A stretch of 62,967 nt of DNA, filler included, from Octopus bimaculoides (GCF_001194135.2; 5 parts of 5 records of this genome joined end to end with filler, not necessarily neighbours in it); one strand, 5' to 3'; shown: positions 1 to 11,171, counted from the whole stretch's first letter. Translations and numbers: made by a program. Notes: generated by a model not told the origin, from the sequence alone.

Positions 1-334
1 TATTTTCTATACCTTGTGGTATTTCATCATGGCCGGTATGACAGACAATGTATATTATATTATATATTGTATATTCCATATCCCACATTGGTTTTGCAGG
101 AATATAAACAAAACATAAAAAACAGACAGTGTTGGAACTCTTTTAAACAAAATAATATATATAGATATATACACACACACACACACACAAATGCATATAT
201 ATGTGCACATATATGTATACATATATACATGTATATAAATACATATATATATGCATATAAATATGGATATATATATATATATATAAATAAATACATATAT
301 GCAGACACTTATATAAATGCATGTACAAGTCACT

Positions 335-410
335 CAAGTTACCACACAGTGGAATTGAACCCGAAACCATGTGGGTGGGAAGCAAACTGCTTAACCACAT
401 AGCCATGCCA
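335..410 (-). mobile_element. tRNA-derived SINE family A, 5' head fragment
   Basis: Reverse complement of the A/B-box head (GGCTATGTGGTTAAG...GGTTCAATTCC); homologous to 2391-2750. Confidence 0.65.
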
Positions 411-642
411 GTGACTATGCAAAATAATTTTGTTGTTATAAAACAACAACAACAACAAGAAAAGCAAATGTACTTAGAGAACTGATATGGGTGTGACAAA
501 CAGAGAGCAATCAGAATAGTTAGACCCCCATGGAGATTAATAATCTAATTAAGACAGAAAGTATATGATGACAGAGTGTGATTCTGATTAATGTATGTGA
601 ATAATTAAAGAGGAGCAACACACACACACACAACCTATATAT

Positions 643-1053
643 ATAAAGATAAATTGAATATAGAGATGTACTATTGACAATCCAATAATTTATCCATATT
701 ACAATATTACGTTAAATACTATGAATATATCATATAAATAATTATAAAAACCATAAAAGGCCAACAAATTGTTTCGACTTCCATATATATTTTTTCTGAT
801 ATACATAATCATGGTTCCGTTATATATAAAGTCACTTCAGGGTCTTGGTTTAGAAAAAGACGAAATTCCATGTGAAAGGAGCTGAGATTATGTATATCAG
901 AAAAAATATATAAGTTGAAACAATTTGTTGGCCTTTTATGGTTTTTATAATTATTAATGTTATATATTAGATTCCTAGTATTTAATGTAATATTGTCATA
1001 TAAATAAATCATTTGATTGTCAATAGTATATCTCTATATTCAATTGATCTTTA
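643..1053. mobile_element. Inverted-repeat element (arms 643-810 and 886-1053, 75-nt spacer) carrying a hammerhead motif; probable Penelope-like pseudo-LTR derivative
   Basis: The arms are reverse complements with scattered mismatches and indels, e.g. CCATAAAAGGCCAACAAATTGTTTCGAC vs GTTGAAACAATTTGTTGGCCTTTTATGG. Confidence 0.75.
758..845 (-). ncRNA. Type I hammerhead ribozyme-like motif with a degenerate core
   Basis: Minus strand reads AGACC-CTGAAGT-GACTT-[48 nt]-AAGTC-GAAAC-AATTT-GTT-GGCCT. Stem I pairs 4/5 and stem II 5/5; stem III is AC/GU. A9 is replaced by U and the cleavage triplet is GUU. Confidence 0.55.
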
Positions 1054-1161
1054 TTATTGAGTTATACCAAGATTTATTTATATGGTATCCAACTGAAGTA
1101 CCAGTGAATTGGATACTTAACACACCCCTTTCGAGGATTTCTTTTCCTCATTTTGTTACTT

Positions 1162-1199
<38 letters not shown>

Positions 1200-1204
1200 A
1201 ACAT

Positions 1205-1365
1205 AAATGTGGAGTAGATGGAATAGGGACAACTGACGAAGGGATGTACTCTTTATGTTGCATGTCTCGTTTCTCCGTTTTTTTCATTGTTCGAAAAAAG
1301 TTTGTTTTCTGTTTTCGTTTCTCATTGTGTTTAACGTTTTCCTTGATGTCCTGTACCCATATATG
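1205..1365 (+). repeat. Unclassified dispersed repeat (GAGTAGAT...GACAACTGAYGAA...GATGTCCTGTACC); second copy at 34345-34520 (-)
   Basis: Collinear similarity between the two copies over about 160 nt. Confidence 0.65.
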
Positions 1366-1434
1366 CATGTATGTATACATATAGATGTAGGTATGTACAT
1401 ATATGTATGGATATATGCATATATTTATATATTC

Positions 1435-1590
1435 ATCATCATCATCATCGTTTAACGTCCGCTTTCCATGCTAGCATGGGTTGGACGATTTGACTGAGGA
1501 CTGATGAAACCAGGTTGCTATACCAGGCTCCAATCTGATTTGGCAGAGTTTCTACAGCTGGATGCCCTTCCTAACGCCAACCACTCATAT
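1435..1590 (-). mobile_element. 3' end of an RTE-related LINE/SINE with (GAT)n tail
   Basis: Minus strand GTTGGCGTTAGGAAGGGCATCCAGCTGTAGAAAC...GGACGTTAAACGATGATGAT; similar copies at 7370-7545 and 10415-10575. Confidence 0.7.
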
Positions 1591-2390
1591 ATTACATGAG
1601 GGGAGTAGTATTCAGTCGGAATGGCTCCGTACCAATTGAGAGATTTAAGGTAGAAAGGGAACAGATAAGAGTGTTTTGCTGCAGAGTAGAGACATGGATA
1701 CTCCAGTTGAGAAACAGGAGAGGGAGTTAGAGAGTATGATAGAGACAGTGATAGTGAGAGAGATGATGGAGTAGTTGCACTGGGACATGGCCTCGAGGGG
1801 GGGGGGAGCAAGAATAGGTGAGGTGATATAGTGGCTTGGGTTGGGTGAGTGGGCACGATGAGGTAACCATAGCAAAAGACGAAGAGAAATATAGAAATAT
1901 ATAGATATATATATATATGTACGTTGCTTGAATCCTCCAGAGAACAAATCAGTCACTGAAGCATGAACATCCAAACATTTTATCTTGATGTATTTTTTAT
2001 TTGCACAATCATGAAATCAAGTGGAAGTCCTTTTCATAAGTTGATGGACAATCTCTCCTCTTTCATTGAAGGCTCTTGTTTAACTGCAGGCCAACTCCAA
2101 TGGAGCAGACTTCTTTAATCAAAGGCAAGATGGTTGATCACCTCATCCTTTTTAGGAGTAGATAAGATTAAGTTATCTAATATAGCAATGACTCCAGTAA
2201 TTTACTTGAAGCAATGCAATAATGTAAAAGATATATTTTAAAGAAAACATTTATTACTTTAGTATTTAAATTGGTCATATCTGGTCAAATATTCCACCTG
2301 TTCTATGTTCAAAACTGGCCAGAGCCTGCCTCTCACACATACCCTACAATGTCATTCAAAAAATAAACAACTGCATCATCAAAACTTTAA

Positions 2391-2750
2391 GCGTGGCTGT
2401 GTGGTAAGTAGCTTGCTTACCAACCACGTGGTTTAGGGTTCAGTCCCACTGCGTAGAACCTTGAGCAAGTGTCTTCTACTATAGCCTCGGGCCGACCAAA
2501 GCCGTGAGTGGATTTGGTAGATGGAAACTGAAAGAAGCCCATCATATATATACGTATATGTGTGTGTTTGTTTGCCCTCCTAGCATTGCTTGACAACCGA
2601 TGCTGGTGTGTTTATGTCCCTGTCACTTAGCAATTTGGCAAAAAGAGACCAATAGAATAAGTACTAGGCTTACAAAGAATAAGTCCTGGGGTTGATTTGT
2701 TTGACTAAAGGTGGTGCTCCAGCATGGCCACAAATGACTGAAAATAAGTA
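2391..2750 (+). mobile_element. tRNA-derived SINE family A (CORE-like centre), near full length
   Basis: A box GTGGCTGTGTGG, B box GGTTCAGTCC, ACCTTGAGCAAGT and GTGAGTGGATTTGG centre; several copies in the window. Confidence 0.8.
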
Positions 2751-2849
2751 AAAGAGTAAATACAATAACAAGAAAAGGTGGTCTCTAGACTTGACAGTAA
2801 ATAACGGCAAGTTATGAAGAGAATGTGAAAAATTAAATATAACAAAGAA

Positions 2850-2883
2850 ACAAATAAAAAGCTGATGTCTAAAAATATTTATT
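2850..2883 (-). terminator. Probable polyadenylation signal of UTP6
   Basis: AATAAA on the minus strand (plus TTTATT, 2878-2883), about 44 nt past the stop codon, followed on the minus strand by a T/GT-rich tract. Confidence 0.5.
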
Positions 2884-2926
2884 TACAAAAATCCACAGTT
2901 AACAAGCAGAGTTACTGAAAGAATAA

Positions 2927-4696
2927 TTAGTTCTTAAGCTGACCAGTTTTAATTAATATGTATTTTAGATTAAATTCTTCAAGTTTTTCAGCCTGTAAAA
3001 CTTTTATAGCTCTGAAATGAATACTAGAAAGTTTTTCTACCTTCCCTTTTGGATGAGTTGACTCAAGATTAATATATTGAAGCCAAAAGTCAGGAATATC
3101 TTTACCATATTCTTGAACAGCATCTTCATAAACAATTCGAAGACTGTCTATATTTGGATTCTTTTGAGATTTTTCCAAAACAATAAATTCTTTGTAAAAA
3201 TCCAATGAAACAGGTTTTTGTTTGGACAGTTCTTTATACTCTGATCTTGCTTTCAAAATTCCACTAGTGTTGTAAATCCATTTCAAATAGTGAGTATTTA
3301 TCTTACCAACTAAGTCTATATTAGGCTGTGACCGTCCTTGTTTAAAAATCAGTTCTATTTCTGAAGATTTACATTTCTTAGCAAAATTTAAAAGTGATTC
3401 CCATAATGGCCAAGTGTTCTGTGAAATGAGATTATCTAAGGCCTTTCCAAAAGAAGCATAGACGGTGCCAAAGTCGATGTCATTCAATATCTGAAGATCC
3501 AAAAATCCATGCCAAATTCTCAGATCTTTGGGGAATTTTTGCACAGCAAACTCAGCAACTTTTAATGCTTTACTGACAGATCCAACATCGGATTGGAACT
3601 GCAACCATTTTAGGAAATTATCAGCAGACAACAACTGTTTCTGAGAATAAGTTTCAAAAACAGTTAAAATGTGTTCCTTGAGGTAGTTGGTTATTTTCAT
3701 GTTATTTTCTTGTAATTGCTCGAACATGAATTCCAAATACATATTCAACATAGAAGGGGTAGATTTGACTTCGAGGGATTTTTCATAACTATGGAAACAG
3801 TCCTGGTATATTTTTAACGGTATTAAAGACTTATTATAATCCTTCGCAGCATAATAAAACTTCCGTCGTGCGAGAGCATCCCACACCAATTCGTTCTCTT
3901 TGTATTGATTTAACAACAGTGTGAAGATTTCCTCTTCGTGATGTTCAGTAAAATCAAACAGACGACAAATGGGGAGAAATTTCAACAAAAAACTTACGTC
4001 GCCTGCTATGGCTTCATGTGCCTCTTTGAATACAACAAATGCGATCTGGCCGTTTATTGTTGACTGTTTGCTGTGTGGGGTTTCCTCAGAAGTAACTTCC
4101 AGGATTTCCAATCTCTTGCGAGCCTTATCGCAACAAAGGAGTTCCAAGCGATAATATTCCAGCCAAAGAAGTTGAGACGTATTGTTGAATCTCAAACCTT
4201 GGTGAAAGAATTTACGTGCAAGCGGTGTTTCGCCGCTTTCAAAATGGTGTTTAGCCGCCAAGATCCATAGACTCGCATTTTGATTGTGCATCCGAAGCAT
4301 TTTGGAAAAAATTCGATTTACTGTGGATTTTTGATTTCTCTTTTTAGCAAATTCTATATGAGATAGCCACAACGGAAGGTCATTCGGGAAATATTTGGTC
4401 GCCTGTCGAAACAACCTATGTATTCGTTGTATAATTGCAACATCGATTTCACAAATTTTCGATTTACATCGAAGTTGACGGCGCCGTATTCTAATGAGCG
4501 ACAGAACATTCTGTTCATACTGTATATAAGCAATAAAGTCCGGTAATGATTTTTTCATTTTCTTTAATTTGTACTCAAAAGCACGGCGCCGTCTCAGTAT
4601 TCTTCCAGTTTCGTCATTAGTAAACAATTTAGTTCTCACCATTTCTTCCATTTCTGGAATCATTTCCTCGATTTTCTGTTGTACAAACTCAGCCAT
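2927..4696 (-). CDS. UTP6: U3 small nucleolar RNA-associated protein 6 homolog (SSU processome, HAT-repeat protein); single coding exon, 589 aa
   Basis: Uninterrupted 589-aa ORF. The N-terminus MAEFVQQKIEEMIPE...RRRRAFEYKL...DFIAYIQYE...LIRIRR...RIHRLFRQAT matches the UTP6 N-terminal domain. It is followed by HAT-like repeats (LWLSHIEF, LWILAAK, LWLEYYRLEL, FWLQYINLE). Length is typical of metazoan UTP6. Confidence 0.93.
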   Translation of the reverse strand: MAEFVQQKIEEMIPEMEEMVRTKLFTNDETGRILRRRRAFEYKLKKMKKSLPDFIAYIQYEQNVLSLIRIRRRQLRCKSKICEIDVAIIQRIHRLFRQATKYFPNDLPLWLSHIEFAKKRNQKSTVNRIFSKMLRMHNQNASLWILAAKHHFESGETPLARKFFHQGLRFNNTSQLLWLEYYRLELLCCDKARKRLEILEVTSEETPHSKQSTINGQIAFVVFKEAHEAIAGDVSFLLKFLPICRLFDFTEHHEEEIFTLLLNQYKENELVWDALARRKFYYAAKDYNKSLIPLKIYQDCFHSYEKSLEVKSTPSMLNMYLEFMFEQLQENNMKITNYLKEHILTVFETYSQKQLLSADNFLKWLQFQSDVGSVSKALKVAEFAVQKFPKDLRIWHGFLDLQILNDIDFGTVYASFGKALDNLISQNTWPLWESLLNFAKKCKSSEIELIFKQGRSQPNIDLVGKINTHYLKWIYNTSGILKARSEYKELSKQKPVSLDFYKEFIVLEKSQKNPNIDSLRIVYEDAVQEYGKDIPDFWLQYINLESTHPKGKVEKLSSIHFRAIKVLQAEKLEEFNLKYILIKTGQLKN

Positions 4697-4944
4697 TTCT
4701 GATAGTATTCACAAAACCAGCACTGAATGCAAATAAATGAAATAAATCAACAAAGAAATTACCTCAAGTTGTTAATTGACAAAATCCAATTAATTCTTCC
4801 TCAAGACACGTGCGTTGTGAATAATTTAACTTTCAAATCGGAGAGTTTCAAATTGCCTCCCTTGAAGCGGTGTAGTTTTTTTTCAATCCCCCATTAAGTA
4901 AATGTACATCGTCACGGAACATTGGATATTATTACATCATACAG

Positions 4945-5270
4945 TTAAGGCGGCGAGCTGGTAGAAACGTTAGCACGCCGGGCGAAATGCTTAGGGATAT
5001 TTCGTCAGCCGTTACGTTCTGAGTTCAAATTCCGCCGAGGTCGACTTAGCCTTTCATCCTTTCGGGGGGGTCGATAAATTAAGTACCAGTTATGCACTGG
5101 AGTTGATGTAATCGACTTAATCCCTTTGTCTGTCCTTGTTTGTCCTCTCTATGTTTAGCCCCTTGTGGGCAATAAAGAAATAAAAAACGTTAGCACGCCC
5201 GGCGATGTTTAGTGGTATTTCGTCTGCCGTTACCTTTTACTTTTTCGCCCGGCATGCTAATGATTTTCGC
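4945..5270 (+). mobile_element. tRNA-derived SINE family B, plus a partial second head
   Basis: GGCGAGCTGGTAG head, GAGTTCAAATTCC B box, CCTTTCATCCTTTCGGGG..GTCGATAAATTAAGTACCAG central domain, AATAAAG tail. Confidence 0.8.
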
Positions 5271-6223
5271 CAGCCTACCGCCTCGTTAATAATNNNNNNN
5301 NNNNNNNNNNNNNNNNNNNNNNNNNNNNNNNNNNNNNNNNNNNNNNNNNNNNNNNNNNNNNNNNNNNNNNNNNNNNNNNNNNNNNNNNNNNNNNNNNNNN
5401 NNNNNNNNNNNNNNNNNNNNNNNNNNNNNNNNNNNNNNNNNNNNNNNNNNNNNNNNNNNNNNNNNNNNNNNNNNNNNNNNNNNNNNNNNNNNNNNNNNNN
5501 NNNNNNNNNNNNNNNNNNNNNNNNNNNNNNNNNNNNNNNNNNNNNNNNNNNNNNNNNNNNNNNNNNNNNNNNNNNNNNNNNNNNNNNNNNNNNNNNNNNN
5601 NNNNNNNNNNNNNNNNNNNNNNNNNNNNNNNNNNNNNNNNNNNNNNNNNNNNNNNNNNNNNNNNNNNNNNNNNNNNNNNNNNNNNNNNNNNNNNNNNNNN
5701 NNNNNNNNNNNNNNNNNNNNNNNNNNNNNNNNNNNNNNNNNNNNNNNNNNNNNNNNNNNNNNNNNNNNNNNNNNNNNNNNNNNNNNNNNNNNNNNNNNNN
5801 NNNNNNNNNNNNNNNNNNNNNNNNNNNNNNNNNNNNNNNNNNNNNNNNNNNNNNNNNNNNNNNNNNNNNNNNNNNNNNNNNNNNNNNNNNNNNNNNNNNN
5901 NNNNNNNNNNNNNNNNNNNNNNNNNNNNNNNNNNNNNNNNNNNNNNNNNNNNNNNNNNNNNNNNNNNNNNNNNNNNNNNNNNNNNNNNNNNNNNNNNNNN
6001 NNNNNNNNNNNNNNNNNNNNNNNNNNNNNNNNNNNNNNNNNNNNNNNNNNNNNNNNNNNNNNNNNNNNNNNNNNNNNNNNNNNNNNNNNNNNNNNNNNNN
6101 NNNNNNNNNNNNNNNNNNNNNNNNNNNNNNNNNNNNNNNNNNNNNATATATATATATATATATACATATAGCAGCTGTAGTGACAAGCCATATCACGTCG
6201 ATATGATGTAGCTGACTACCAAA

Positions 6224-6688
6224 TGTAGTGTGTAGATGTAATGCTTGAAGGTTCTCACGTTAGAGTAACCAGTGAATATCGAAGAATCAACACCAAGAAG
6301 GAAGAAATATCATTTACATATATTTATTCGTTTGCCCGACAATTCTAATGATAGTGACAAGGTTGGCTCGCTGGTTAGCAGTTGATAGTGTAGAAATTGC
6401 TGTCTGCCAGTAAAGAGTGAAAGAGTAAGGAATGCACGTTGCTGACTAGAAAGGAAGAAAGTAAAAGGGTGGCATCGTCTTTCTTGCAACCGAATTCTTC
6501 TCATCGTATGTCGAGCGAAGAGTGAAGGGAAGTATTGCTCCTGTTGCACTCATGATGGCTAGATCACGGGTTCTATTCCCTGTACCTTGAGATGATCCTG
6601 CATCCAACTACCACTTCTGTCTTCCCAACTTTCCATCTACTCCCATCCATCCTTATATAAAGCAGGGTAGCCTTGTATCTCTATTACA
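6224..6688 (-). mobile_element. Possible solo LTR
   Basis: TGTA...TACA termini. The minus strand has TATATAA near its 5' end and AATAAA (6323-6328), and TGGT follows 2 nt after the terminal ACA. No partner LTR or TSD found. Confidence 0.3.
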
Positions 6689-6819
6689 AGCCATCTGGGT
6701 TCGTTTTTCCTTCACACTCTAATCTTTTAACACCTGACATAGAACAATTGTACTTCATCTATTAAATACTAACTCCACCCATATCGTTGAAGAGGGTTTT
6801 TTTTTCCCTTCTTTTGTGA

Positions 6820-7140
6820 AGGCATATGGCTTAGCGGTTAGAGCATTTGGCTCATGATCACAAAGTCATGAGTTCAATTTCCAGCAACGCGTTGTATTCT
6901 TGAACAAGACATTTTATTTCACATTGCACCAGTCGACACAGCTGACAAAAATGATTAGTACCTATGATTCAAAGGGCCAACCATATCACATTCTGTATCA
7001 TGCTGAATCACACTGAGAAGTACATTAAGGATACGTGTGTCTGTGGAATACTCAGCCACTTGCACATTGCTTTCATGCGCAGGCTGTTCTGCTGATCAGA
7101 TCAACTGGAATCCTCGTTATCATAACTAATGGAGTGCTAA
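6820..7140 (+). mobile_element. tRNA-derived SINE (family C 3' half, diverged)
   Basis: TGGCTTAGCGG and GAGTTCAATTTCC boxes. The 3' half (GTCTGTGGAATACTCAGCCACTTGCAC...GATCAACTGGAA) is shared with 9605-9986. Confidence 0.7.
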
Positions 7141-7369
7141 TTTTATATAATGCAGGGTTGCCATGTATTTCATCTATAGTAAGACCCCTGTTCCTGTCCC
7201 TCTATCAAACTTTAGCCACTCAATACCAGGTATAAAGCCACCTCTTCTTCTTGCAAATACATTTCCACTCAATTGAGGGAGCTTTTTCTTCTTTTATCTT
7301 GCAAGTTACTTGGTGCCTTCTCTAAAGATGGTGTCATGAAAAAAAAAGAAAAAAAGGCACCCAGGACAC

Positions 7370-7545
7370 ATTGCAAAGTGGTTGGCATTAGGAAGGGCAT
7401 CCGGCCATAGAAACCATAGCAACACAAGACACTGGAGTTTCATGCAATCCTGCAGCTCACCAGATCCAATCAAACTGTTCAATGTATTCCAGGTGGAAAA
7501 CAGATATTAAAGGATGATGATGATGAAGATGAAGACGATGATGAT
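7370..7545 (+). mobile_element. RTE-related 3' tail fragment
   Basis: GTGGTTGGCATTAGGAAGGGCATCC...ending in (GAT)n. Confidence 0.6.
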
Positions 7546-8137
7546 AAATCTATGTTGCGGGGGTTTTTTTCTCTCTCTCTTGACTGCATAATTATTTCTA
7601 GTTAACTTGCTGATACTCCTTACATTAAAGGTGATAAACCAAAGCAATAGTGTAATAAAAGCCAACCAAACATTAAGACAAATAAATTGAAAACTGACTC
7701 GACACAAATTCACGTGGGCTGAAACGAATATCAGAAATCACTTTAGCCTTTAACGACTCCATCACTTCTCTTCGTAATTGATCTTCTGCAGTATAGGATA
7801 TAGACACAGCACAGATAATTGATGAGGTAACAACTGATCATTTCTTTTAGGGTGTTACTTAGGAGGATGTTGTCGTTATCAAAGAAATAGGCGTCGCAAT
7901 TTTCCCTTCGGCTATAAACTTGACAAATAATATCTGCATAAGAAATCGTTAAGCATTAAAAATTTCGATATATGTAGGGGTGGGGGAGCATCTGAGGTGG
8001 TGGGGTGTATATGGTGTGCATATGGGGGCGAGCATATCTGTGTGCTGGTATGTATATATGTATGTACATACATACATATATATATGTGTATGTACATTCA
8101 TATGTATGTGTATGTACATGAATATATGTGTGTTTAT

Positions 8138-8173
<36 letters not shown>

Positions 8174-8217
8174 TACACATATACATATGTATACACACAC
8201 ACACACACACATATACA

Positions 8218-8380
8218 ATGGGCTTCTTTCAGCTTCCATCTACCAAATCCACTTACAAGGCTTTGGTCAGCCCAAGGCTATAGTTGAAGACACTTGCCCA
8301 AGTTGCCACACAGTGGGACTGAACCTGGAACAATGTGGTTGGTAAGCAAGCTACTTATGACACAGTCGCTCCTGCACCTA
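8218..8380 (-). mobile_element. SINE family A, 5' half
   Basis: Reverse complement of the family A head and centre. Confidence 0.75.
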
Positions 8381-8569
8381 TATATGTGTGTGTGCGTGTG
8401 TGTGTGTATACACGCATACAATACATATATATGTACATATATATATACATACATACATACACACAGACCAGTTATTGTTGCATGGGAGTGCAAGAAAACT
8501 TCTGCAATAATGCTCTGTCAAGGAAATTAGCTGCCCTCTGGGCACCAATATGATAATAAAAAAGATACA

Positions 8570-8900
8570 GGAGAAAGAAAATGGCTGTGCACTATTGATA
8601 AGGTCTTTGTAAATCTAATACCTAAGATGTATCTTCAGCATATTTATTTCACATCTTGGCCTTGGTGTTGCGGACAGTGTAGTTGGTGTCTTTCTCAAAT
8701 ATGCCCACCACTTAGTAATCTTTAGGATTAGAAGCAGGGAAATTAGGCAGCCAGAAATTGGGGCTGGTGAAGTTGTAGAAATTCTCTGATAACCACTTCT
8801 GACTCCTTCAAGAGGTATGGCAAGGGGACGGATTCTGCTGCCATACATATGGCTTTCCAGCAGCAACCGTCTCAAGCCAATGACTGACCCACAGTCTTCA
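8570..8900 (-). pseudogene. Tc1/mariner DD37D (maT)-like transposase remnant
   Basis: Manual translation of a frame missing from the ORF track: WLETVAAGKPYVWQQNPSPCHTS*RSQKWLSENFYNFTSPNFWLPNFPASNPKDY*VVGIFEKDTN. This is a decayed WQQDSAPxH...WPPNSPDxNPxDY motif set. Confidence 0.8.
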
Positions 8901-9604
8901 GCAACCTTCTCCAATCAAGGACTGACCACAGTCTTCAGAATAAAATAAAAAAAAAAAAAAGACTTATTTAATGGAAAAACAACATAGAAAAATATACTAT
9001 GTTTGCTGTCACTAAAAGCATAAACAGCATGCTTTTAGATTGATCGCTGTTGGGTTTATGATTCAATAAATTATAATTCACAAGATCTTTCTGCATGTCT
9101 ATGCATGCATATGAGTTTCAGCACGCCATTTGTTCAGTGACCGGTAGACGTTTTCAAAGTGTTGTTTTTGATTGTTTCAACATCATTAAGTATCTTTTAC
9201 ATGTCTAATTTTCTAATTTCTTTTGTTGACCACATGAGCGCATAAAACACTGAGAAGCTGCATGGGTAATAACACCGATGGGAAATTAAGCTTGATAAAC
9301 TTGATGGGAAAACTCAGAACTGTCCTAGTTGTAATCGATAGGAAAAAATCTCAGATGGAAATGAAAAGGGGAAAAAATATTGATTTATAAATTGATATAC
9401 AAAGCGTGATTAATAATTGATATATTTAGTAAGAAGGTTGATATTTCTAGGGGGGAACAAGTTCATTATCTTTCTCAGTACTCTTAGATAAGAGTCAGAG
9501 GTAGTCTCATATAAGTAATGTAAAAAGGAGGAAAATATTGGTTTATCCAAGAATATCCTTACAATTTAGAAGGTGAAAAATTTCCCTCTTGATGTAATTA
9601 TGTA

Positions 9605-9986
9605 TGTTGGCACTCCGTCGCTTACGACATCGAGGGTTCCAGTTGATCCGATCAACGGAACAGCCTGCTCGTGAAATTAACGTGCAAGTGGCTGAGCACT
9701 CCACAGACACGTGTACCCTTAACGTAGTTCTCGGGGATATTCAGCGTGACACAGTGTGACAAGGCTGACCCTTTGAAATACAGGCACAACAGAAACAGGA
9801 AGTAAGAGTGAGAGAAAGTTGTGGTGGAAGAGTACAGCAGGGTTTGCCACCATCCCCTGCCGGAGCCTCGTGGAGCTTTAGGTGTTTTCGCTCAATAAAC
9901 ACTCACAACGCCTGGTCTGGAAATCGAAACCGCGATCCTACGACCGCGAAGCTGCTGCCCTAACCACTGGGCCATTGCGCCTCCAC
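9605..9986 (-). mobile_element. tRNA-derived SINE family C, near full length
   Basis: Minus strand GTGGAGGCGCAATGGCCCAGTGGTTAGGG...GGTTTCGATTTCC (A/B boxes); 3' half shared with 6820-7140. Confidence 0.8.
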
Positions 9987-10379
9987 TAGTGTAATTAACA
10001 TCAAGAAATAAGAAAAACACAAGACAAGGGTGATAGGTCTGGAGCCCAGACAACTGAAGAAAGCCACCAAGGAAATCGGCACAGCAGCTGAAACTAGTTC
10101 AAGATAACTATGTTATAGTAAGTGACTGCAAGTGGAACCTTTCTGTACGTGAAGACTAGTTCAGCCATCACTGCCTCACTTAGGTAAAGCATACGGGTGA
10201 AGGGGCAAAATGCTTGTGACCCTGAGATACCTGCTGATGATGCAGAAGGGTGTCTAACATTGCAATGGATTTAGAAAAGATTACAAAACCTCTGAGTTGC
10301 TCCTGCAGTTTCTCTGAGGGGCAAGGCATATCTAATGCAGGGTCACATAAAGTGTCCGTGTGGTGCCACATAGAAGTAC

Positions 10380-10575
10380 CTTTGCCTGTAAAAGCATTTG
10401 TAAAGCACTCTTGAAGGTGGTTGGCATTTTAGGAAGGGCATCCAGCCATAGAAACCATGCCAAATCAGATTGGAGTTTGGCACAGCTCCCCTGCTTGCCA
10501 GCTTAGGTCAAACCGTCCAACCCATGCCAGCATAGAAAACGGACGTTAAATGTTGATGATGATGATGATGATGAT
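10380..10575 (+). mobile_element. RTE-related 3' tail fragment with (GAT)n
   Basis: Homologous to 1435-1590. Confidence 0.65.
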
Positions 10576-10729
10576 TATATATGTTTGTACATATACACTT
10601 TATTAGTGGTCAAGAAGCTTTATAAGTGGTCAAGAATTTAGTTTAGCAATGTTTACCAAAAGCAACATTATCTCCAAAGCTAACAACAACAACAACAGCG
10701 CCATCAGTTCCACCCAACCTAATGATTCA

Positions 10730-11115
10730 CATTTCTAGTGAGACAGTTGCAAGAGAAATACCTAGCCAAGGATAAACCTCTGTACCTGGCTTTCGTTGAC
10801 ATGGAGAAAGCCTTTGACAGGGTCCCCCGATCCCTTATCTGGTGGTCAATGAGGAAACTTGGGATAGAAGAATGGCTAGTGAGAGCTGTGCGAGCCATGT
10901 ACAGAGATGCGGCCAGTAAGGTGAGGGTTGGAAATGAGTACAGCAATGAATTCCGGGTAGAGGTAGGGGTCCACCAAGGTTCCGTCCTCAGCCCCCTATT
11001 ATTTACCATAGTCCTCCAGGCAATCACAGAGGAGTTCAAGACAGGTTGCCCCTGGGAGCTCCTCTATGCTGATGACCTTGCCCTAATTGCGGAGTCACTA
11101 TCAGAACTAGAGGAG
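10730..11115 (+). mobile_element. RTE-clade LINE reverse transcriptase fragment, open up to the gap
   Basis: LYLAFVDMEKAFDRVPR...GVHQGSVLSPLLF...LLYADDLALIAES. Confidence 0.92.
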
Positions 11116-11159
11116 NNNNNNNNNNNNNNNNNNNNNNNNNNNNNNNNNNNNNNNNNNNN

Positions 11160-11171
11160 TTAATTAATTAA
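11160..11171. other. Assembly linker TTAATTAATTAA inside an N gap (also 32647-32658, 35136-35147, 54664-54675)
   Basis: Identical 12-mer with stops in all six frames, centred in 44 N on each side (100 nt in total). Confidence 0.9.

Noticed and set aside
1501-1510. CTGATGAAAC inside the RTE-tail repeat
   Set aside because: No stem II between CTGATGA and GAAAC; a chance variant within the repeat.
2391-2460. tRNA gene-like A/B boxes here and in other SINE heads
   Set aside because: They continue into SINE bodies and lack a complete cloverleaf; not tRNA genes.
3969-4270. Short plus-strand ORFs antisense to UTP6
   Set aside because: Shadow ORFs of the coding strand.
8882-8938. Short direct repeat containing CTGAAGA on the minus strand
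   Set aside because: No GAAA/GUH downstream; a local duplication at the edge of the DD37D remnant.
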